A DNA stretch of 41,856 nucleotides, from positions 1-41,856 of the forward strand of contig JAZDKJ010000004.1 of the NCBI GenBank assembly GCA_043803105.1, read 5' to 3'. The stretch is from Candidatus Woesearchaeota archaeon (lineage in GTDB: Archaea; Nanobdellota; Nanobdellia; Woesearchaeales; JAZDKJ01). This document shows positions 36,245 through 41,856 of this stretch, piece after piece; within the stretch, counting starts at the first letter, position 1; each line of letters opens with the position of its first letter. The notes under the pieces are model-generated. The model saw only the letters and a program-made list of their open reading frames with translations. It was not told the origin of the DNA and searched no databases. Position numbers and translations under genes: made by a program.

Positions 36245-37075
36245 TTAGACCTTTTTCACAGCAACCTTCTTGAAGTCCTTCTCAAGCGCGAGCAGTGCAG
36301 GCTTGGTCAGCTCCCCCGTGGTCAGGAATAGGATTGGAAGCTTGCGGTTCTCTCCTTTCACATAAGCGCTTGCAAGGTCTGACTCGTTAATCCTTTTTTT
36401 GTCAATGGCCTGGCAGTAGTAAGTAATCTGGCCAACAGCAGTAGGAAGGCTAAGCACAAAATCAAGACTGTTCTTCCTGACATTTGACTGCTCAATGACA
36501 GAAATATCATTCTTAGCAAAATAATCAAGGACTTTTTTTGCAAAACCATCGCTGGAGGGCTCATGCTTTTTCTGCTGAACAAGCTTATGCTGTTCAGGCT
36601 TCTTTTCAGCTTCTAACACCTGCTTTGGCTTCTTTTCGCCAAGCACATTTTTTATCAATGCCTCTGTCTCAGCAGAGGACAGAATATAATATCTCCAGAA
36701 AAGCTCAGTCTCGGAGTCATGGCTCACCTCAAGAGGGATGGCAAAATCTTTTATTTGGCGCAAAGAGACACGAGTCAGGGGCTCCTGTTCTGAATCCTTC
36801 AGAATATTCCTTTCTTTTAACAAAGCAACAGTCCGCCTGTCCTTCTCGTTCAAGTACTTAAGAAAGTTTTCTAGCAACTGCTCCTGACCAGGAAGATAAT
36901 ACAGAGGAGAACTACCAAACTTAAGCGAGCTAATCTTCAACCGCTTAGAGTCAACTAGGCTCGAGAGCATAGCCGAGGCCATAAAGCTTTGCACCTGAAG
37001 CTCTCTAGCAATCTGTGTTGGCGTTACAGGACCCAATTGCTTGATTATAGAGAGAATTTTTGATTCTGAATCCAT
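36245..37075 (-). CDS. Hypothetical protein: N-terminal wHTH, C-terminal PD-(D/E)xK-like fold
   Basis: GPVTPTQIARELQ..ASAMLSSLV (HTH-like); LDFVLS..YYCQAIDKKRINESDL..ILFLTTGELT (Mrr-like topology). Confidence 0.7.
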   Translation of the reverse strand: MDSESKILSIIKQLGPVTPTQIARELQVQSFMASAMLSSLVDSKRLKISSLKFGSSPLYYLPGQEQLLENFLKYLNEKDRRTVALLKERNILKDSEQEPLTRVSLRQIKDFAIPLEVSHDSETELFWRYYILSSAETEALIKNVLGEKKPKQVLEAEKKPEQHKLVQQKKHEPSSDGFAKKVLDYFAKNDISVIEQSNVRKNSLDFVLSLPTAVGQITYYCQAIDKKRINESDLASAYVKGENRKLPILFLTTGELTKPALLALEKDFKKVAVKKV

Positions 37076-37113
37076 AAAAATCAAATAGAAAATACTGTAT
37101 AAAAAACTTTGGT

Positions 37114-37725
37114 TTAGGGCCTTTTCCAGGCTATCTCATAATAGGTCACGTCATACTCATCATCAACAATGCCTATAAGGAGACGCTTCCTTGTAGAATG
37201 GGCAACACGGTTCTTGGCAGCAAACTCATACCAGCTAAAAACATTTCCTTCATGGACAGGATAAAGAATCCAGCGGGCATGATCCTCACCAGGCTTTACA
37301 CCCCTATCATAAACCCGAAAATCTGCGCCAAACTTGAGCGCAGTCTTAACAATATAGCCACGATTACGCATGTCCTTGTAAACACAATAGCGGACCCAGA
37401 CATTGGGCTCCACCTTCCTGGCCTTCTTGATAAATTCCTCAAAATTGACAGGTTTGTTCCTGCCGTCGAGGACCTCGATTTTCTTTTTCTCCAAAAGATA
37501 CAACGCCTCGATAAGTGAAAGCTGGACCTTGCCCTCAGGAGAAAGAGAGCCAAACCTGCTTTGATTATAAAGCTCACGAGCAGGATCAGAATCCTCTGTA
37601 ACAACCTGCTCATTGGCAAAAAGGGTTTTGATAACAACCTTAGGAAGCTCAGGCTTTTCCTCAACAGGAACAGCAACCTCTTGAACCTCTTCTTCTAGCT
37701 TCTTGGATTTTTTCTTCTTACTCAT
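37114..37725 (-). CDS. endA: tRNA-intron endonuclease (single-unit, alpha4-type size)
   Basis: LSLIEALYL, VYKDMRNRGY, ALKFGADFRVY, EDHA, AHSTRK: catalytic Y/H/K present. Confidence 0.93.
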   Translation of the reverse strand: MSKKKKSKKLEEEVQEVAVPVEEKPELPKVVIKTLFANEQVVTEDSDPARELYNQSRFGSLSPEGKVQLSLIEALYLLEKKKIEVLDGRNKPVNFEEFIKKARKVEPNVWVRYCVYKDMRNRGYIVKTALKFGADFRVYDRGVKPGEDHARWILYPVHEGNVFSWYEFAAKNRVAHSTRKRLLIGIVDDEYDVTYYEIAWKRP

Positions 37726-37838
37726 GCGAAATCAATTTAGAGCAATGCTTAAAAATGTTTTGCTCGAAGTATTATTTTCTATATAGAAAATAAATAAGTG
37801 CCAAAAGAATTATAAAGAACACGGGCAACAACAAGTCT

Positions 37839-38729
37839 ATGCAACTTGTGTTTTTAGGAACGTCATGCATGACACCAACAAAGGAGAGAAATCACACAGC
37901 CACGCTGCTGTTATTCGAGAACGAGGGATTTCTTGTTGACTGCGGAGAAGGCACACAAAGACAGCTAAAAATGGCAGACATAAAAATAACAAAAGTAACC
38001 AAAATACTCATCAGCCATTGGCACGGAGACCATGTATTAGGATTAGCAGGGCTAATGCAAAGCCTTGGTGCAAGCGACTACAACAGAAAACTCGAGATCT
38101 ACGGACCAGAGGGCACAGAGGAAAAAGTCAAGGAAATGCTCAAGCCATACATTTTTTACAACAAAGTGGAGTTCAGCGTGCATGACGTTGAAAAAGGCAT
38201 ATTCCTTGATGCAGAAAAATACTATCTTGAAGCAAGAGAGCTTGAACATGGGATACCGACACTAGGCTACAGCTTTGTGGAAAAAGACAGGCGCAAGATA
38301 AACCTAGCTTACACAAAGAAGGCAGGGATACCAGAAGGACCTCTTTTAGGAAGACTACAAGAGGGAAAAGACATTATGTTCAAGGGCAAGAGCATAAGCA
38401 CTGATGATGCAACATACAAAGTAAAGGGAAAAAAAATCAGCTTCATTTCAGACACATTACTTACAAAGGGGTGTTATGAACTTGCAAAAGACGCAGACCT
38501 ACTTGTATGCGAGGCAGCATTCAGCTCAAACCTACAAGAAAAAGCAACTGAGTACAAGCATATGACAGCAAAACAAGCAGGTTTGATAGCATCGCAATCC
38601 AATGTGAAAAAATTGGTACTCACGCACTTCAGCGCAAGATACAAGGACTTAAGCGAGATAGAGGAAGACGCAAAGAACGTTTTTGAGAACACAACAGCTG
38701 CATTTGACCTTATGAAACTAAAGGTCTAG
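37839..38729 (+). CDS. rnz: Ribonuclease Z
   Basis: FLGT, DCGEGTQRQ, SHWHGDH, exosite GIPEGPLLGRLQ, SDT, HMTA, LTHFSARY. Confidence 0.95.
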   Translation: MQLVFLGTSCMTPTKERNHTATLLLFENEGFLVDCGEGTQRQLKMADIKITKVTKILISHWHGDHVLGLAGLMQSLGASDYNRKLEIYGPEGTEEKVKEMLKPYIFYNKVEFSVHDVEKGIFLDAEKYYLEARELEHGIPTLGYSFVEKDRRKINLAYTKKAGIPEGPLLGRLQEGKDIMFKGKSISTDDATYKVKGKKISFISDTLLTKGCYELAKDADLLVCEAAFSSNLQEKATEYKHMTAKQAGLIASQSNVKKLVLTHFSARYKDLSEIEEDAKNVFENTTAAFDLMKLKV

Positions 38730-38935
38730 GCTTTTGCAGCAAGCCTTATGTCGCCAGCCTTTACAGTCTTTCTACCGGCGTGCAAGGCAAGCTTGACAGA
38801 ACTAACAGCGATCTCTTCAGCAATCTCTTCAACAACTGCCTTCAGTGCAGACTTGGCTTTTTCAGAGACCCGTTCTGCACCACAATTCTTGAGAAGCTTT
38901 TCCATTGCGGCAAGCGGAATAAGACGTTTTGACAT
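38726..38935 (-). CDS. Archaeal histone (HMf-like)
   Basis: IPLAAMEKLLK.GAERVS..A..HAGRKTVKAGDI. Confidence 0.93.
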   Translation of the reverse strand: MSKRLIPLAAMEKLLKNCGAERVSEKAKSALKAVVEEIAEEIAVSSVKLALHAGRKTVKAGDIRLAAKA

Positions 38936-38982
38936 GAACCTAAACCAAAAATTTAATAGTATATAAAGTTTTGGTCTATATT

Positions 38983-39378
38983 ATGAGCAGGAAAAGCAAG
39001 GGCATAAACGCTGAAAGAGAGTTATTGCACCTGCTCTGGAAAAACGGATGGGCTTGCATTAGGGTAGCTGGCTCAGGAGCATCAAGGTATCCGACACCAG
39101 ACTTGGTTGCAGGAAACAAGAACAGGGTGCTTGCAATAGAATGCAAATCGGGCAAGGGGCCATATCAATATCTTGAGCAGGAAGAAATAGAACATCTGGT
39201 TGAATTCTCCAAGATATTTGGGGCAGAGCCGTGGATCGGGGTAAGATTCAACAATGAAGATTGGAGCTTTTATTCGCCTAAAGAACTTGGAACAACAAAA
39301 ACAAGCTTTGTTGTAACAAAAGAATCAAAGGGAAAAAACTTTCTTGACCTAATCAACGAAACATCCAAGGCTTTCTAG
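38983..39378 (+). CDS. hjc: Holliday junction resolvase Hjc
   Basis: KGINAEREL, GWACIRVAGSG, PDLVAG, AIECKS. Confidence 0.93.
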   Translation: MSRKSKGINAERELLHLLWKNGWACIRVAGSGASRYPTPDLVAGNKNRVLAIECKSGKGPYQYLEQEEIEHLVEFSKIFGAEPWIGVRFNNEDWSFYSPKELGTTKTSFVVTKESKGKNFLDLINETSKAF

Positions 39379-40258
39379 CCTTAAGCTCTTCAACCAAGAC
39401 CTCGGGCTTGTATACACCAACCTCAGTTATCATCCCTGTAACAAGGTTGGGATCAATCATCTCGAAGACATGGTTATCAATCGTTACATTCTTGGGAGGA
39501 TTTTGCCAGATCTCCTTAACAGAACGGGCTTCGATTTTCTCCTCAAAGCCAATAACGGTACGCGCGTCAAACTTGAAGGTTGTGGAACAAACATAAACAG
39601 GAATATCGCGCTTGTAAGCGACCTCAGCAAAAAGCTCACTGCCAACCTTGTTCACTATCTTGCCCTCGCTTGTAAAGGCATCGCAACCGATAAGCATCAA
39701 GTCAGCATTCTTTAACGCCAAGCGGGCTGCAGAATCAATGAAGTGAACAACCTTTATGCCATGCCCTGCAAGCTCTGTCGCAGTGATCCTGCCCTGAAGA
39801 TTAGGGCGCGTCTCAGTATTGTGAACAACAAAGGACTTAGCCTCATCCTTAGCAGCCTTTAGCACCGAGGTCACGGTTGAACTATGGCAATGGGTAAAGA
39901 CAACCATGCCTGACTTAATCTTCATGGCACCGATCTTTGAGAGCACTTTTTCTGCCTCGTCCAATTGAAGCATTACCTTATCTACATTTGCACATAATGA
40001 GGTCTTGAAATCAGACAATGAATCGCCCCTAGAATTTGAAACAACAAATTTTAGCACATTTCGCAGGGTTGGCTCAGTTGGCCTTGAACGCTCAAGGAGG
40101 GCAACTGATTTGGCAAGTTCATGCATAAAGGCAAGCTTTGAATCTGCCCTTGAGGATGAGGCAAACTTGCCAATTGCATCAAGAGCAGACTTTGCGATGT
40201 TTTCTGCTCCCTGAATTTTTAGAGATGCAATTGCCTGAGCAGTTTTTTGAACAGACAT
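39353..40258 (-). CDS. Ribose-1,5-bisphosphate isomerase (eIF2B-like family)
   Basis: IQGAENIA, RPTEP, THCHSSTV, ETRPNLQG, IGCDA, NKVGS, FE, ITEVG. Confidence 0.85.
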   Translation of the reverse strand: MSVQKTAQAIASLKIQGAENIAKSALDAIGKFASSSRADSKLAFMHELAKSVALLERSRPTEPTLRNVLKFVVSNSRGDSLSDFKTSLCANVDKVMLQLDEAEKVLSKIGAMKIKSGMVVFTHCHSSTVTSVLKAAKDEAKSFVVHNTETRPNLQGRITATELAGHGIKVVHFIDSAARLALKNADLMLIGCDAFTSEGKIVNKVGSELFAEVAYKRDIPVYVCSTTFKFDARTVIGFEEKIEARSVKEIWQNPPKNVTIDNHVFEMIDPNLVTGMITEVGVYKPEVLVEELKARKPWMFR

Positions 40259-40261
40259 GAT

Positions 40262-40453
40262 TTATTTCTTCTTGTGGATAGAGTGCTCGATGGTCAGCTC
40301 TTCCTTCAAAACGCGCGAAACCATCTGCTCAAGATGACCTTCCATTCTTGCCACGCGGCGTTCCATCAAAACAAGAACACGCAGGCTGTAGACAATGGCT
40401 GCCAATGTTGCTATAATAACGCAGAGGATAAGCTGTTCTATAGTAAGACTCAT
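40262..40453 (-). CDS. Small single-TM protein with coiled-coil tail
   Basis: Strong SD AAGGAGGT and TATA; LILCVIIATLAAIVYSL TM, then MERRVARMEGHLEQMV. Confidence 0.75.
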   Translation of the reverse strand: MSLTIEQLILCVIIATLAAIVYSLRVLVLMERRVARMEGHLEQMVSRVLKEELTIEHSIHKKK

Positions 40454-40508
40454 TACAATCAACCTCCTTTTTACAAGCCTAGGTAAGGAGTAATATAAAA
40501 AGTTTTCC

Positions 40509-41318
40509 TTAATCAGTTTTTACAGCCTTCATTCCAGGCCATAACTTCTCAAACATAGTCTCCATTGCACCAGCAAGGAAAGGCGAATTAATCCAGATAC
40601 CCATATCATAGGTAGGGTGGGTGTCCTTGTCATTTAATGCCATGAGGACAAGTTGCTTACCGTCAACAACGAGGAATCTTGCCGTAAGGTCATCTGTCTG
40701 CTTAACCTGAGCAATCTTTGCAAGGTGCTTAGCGGCCTTGAGGGATTGAAGGTTCATTGGGGCCGCAATCTTAATCTTTACGCCCCTGTCCTTTGCCCTT
40801 TTCAAATGAGTGATAAGAGAATCAACCTTTCTAACAAATCCATCCTCAGTAGTCATTACGACCAGGCTCTTTTCTGAATTGTTTATCATGGATTCAAGAT
40901 GACAATAAAGGTTATTTCTTCCCTTTAACATACCTGAGAGCTCGGATGGGTCAACCATTTCTATACCCTGATTATGCAAGGCGTTAAGCTCCTGTAAAAT
41001 CTCACTGCCAGTAAGTTTTTCAATTATCAGCGTCTGCTTATCTGAATCCTCCCTAATCTTTTTCTTCACCCTATCAAGAACCTCAGATGGCTGGACAGCA
41101 ATGTATTTTATTGGTTTTCCCAGCTTCATGATGATAAAACCCTTTTTCTCAAGGCTTTCCAGAACATCATAACTCCTGGACCTGGGCACATTGGCAATAT
41201 CTGATAATTCGCCTGCAGTAGAGATACCGCGAGAAAGAAGAGCAGTCCACAATTTGCTTTCATAGGTGTTGAGTCCAAAATCCCTGAGTTTATTCAAAAA
41301 ATCTTTTTGTACAATCAT
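40509..41318 (-). CDS. trmB: TrmB-family transcriptional regulator, paralog 2
   Basis: GLNTYESKLWTALL..STAGELSDIANVPRSRSYDVLESLEKKGF; colinear with 9747-10562. Confidence 0.9.
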   Translation of the reverse strand: MIVQKDFLNKLRDFGLNTYESKLWTALLSRGISTAGELSDIANVPRSRSYDVLESLEKKGFIIMKLGKPIKYIAVQPSEVLDRVKKKIREDSDKQTLIIEKLTGSEILQELNALHNQGIEMVDPSELSGMLKGRNNLYCHLESMINNSEKSLVVMTTEDGFVRKVDSLITHLKRAKDRGVKIKIAAPMNLQSLKAAKHLAKIAQVKQTDDLTARFLVVDGKQLVLMALNDKDTHPTYDMGIWINSPFLAGAMETMFEKLWPGMKAVKTD

Positions 41319-41335
41319 GTAGTATCAACCCCAAT

Positions 41336-41510
41336 CTGATTATATCAGTCTGCTAGGCTTAATCAGATATTTTAGTTTACCATTTACTGATTTAAGCCTA
41401 AATTATCCCTTTTTTCTGTACAAATAGCTTTAAATGAACTTTAATTTAAATTTCACTTGTAAAATCACTCCATAACAGCAATAAGGAGCTTCAATAAGGC
41501 TGATTAAGCC
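41336..41510. repeat. CTGATTAAGCC-type inverted/direct repeats
   Basis: CTGATtatATCAG (41336-48), TAGGCTTAATCAG (41354-66), CTGATTTAAGCCTA (41387-400), GGCTGATTAAGCC (41498-510). Confidence 0.7.
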
Positions 41511-41856
41511 CTGAATAATGTTACTATTGTTTAGTCATAATGTGTATATAAATGTTTTGACAATTTGTTATTTACCAGTAATAAATATATATTATTGAAT
41601 ATTCTTCTAATAACCAGATTATTACAAAATATTCATTGAATATTGTGAAAGACCTATTTTGGTGACAATACTACAGAGAAGTGACCCCTTGATTTCTTAT
41701 GGAACTGTTGTTAAAAAATATCATTTTGTGTAGCCTGATGCAAAAAATGGTGTTTTTACTAATATAAATGTTGACATTTGGATATTTTTTTTGTTATTTG
41801 CGGTAGGTTGGACCTCATGAACCAGAAACTATAATAATAATTGTATAACATATTTG

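Noticed and set aside
37114-38729. tRNA genes near endA/rnz
   Set aside because: No cloverleaf or GTTCRAATC-type T-loop seen in the intergenic gaps; tRNAscan-SE would confirm.
39353-40258. Translation factor eIF2B or MtnA
   Set aside because: THCHS, RPTEP and ETRPxxQG fit R15P isomerase better; the MtnA-type THCNxGxLAT is absent.
41336-41644. Possible CRISPR array or IS ends
   Set aside because: Repeats are 11-17 nt, irregularly spaced and mixed in orientation; no cas or transposase gene in the window.

Overview
Gene-dense archaeal chromosome segment. The gene set (archaeal histone, PAN, Hjc, aPelota, L34e/L14e, Rpp30, EndA, FEN1, RFC-S, ribose-1,5-bisphosphate isomerase, two TrmB paralogs), TATA/BRE promoters, overlapping genes and Cys-rich surface proteins suggest a DPANN archaeon, most like Woesearchaeota (inference, no marker phylogeny run). 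Non-routine blocks: (1) a complete rnfCDGEAB operon in the bacterial (clostridial/Acetobacterium) order with a divergent apbE flavin transferase; (2) a five-gene cell-surface locus (19151-25860) with a class III-signal-like Cys-rich protein, a multi-TM anchor and three tandem paralogous lipoproteins, four of which share an unnamed domain; (3) two Cys-rich secreted proteins at the left edge, one absent from the ORF track, next to a small His-containing precursor-like peptide; (4) a ThiI-like gene lacking its PP-loop, coupled to a TtuA/NcsA thiolase; (5) a LUD/Fe-S gene between pheS and pheT; (6) a four-gene proteolysis cluster; (7) two TrmB paralogs with long repeat-bearing leaders and a 41-nt exact shared tract. 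No tRNA, rRNA, CRISPR array, transposase or integrase was recognised. Several starts were moved from the ORF track; product calls rest on motif recognition, not database searches.
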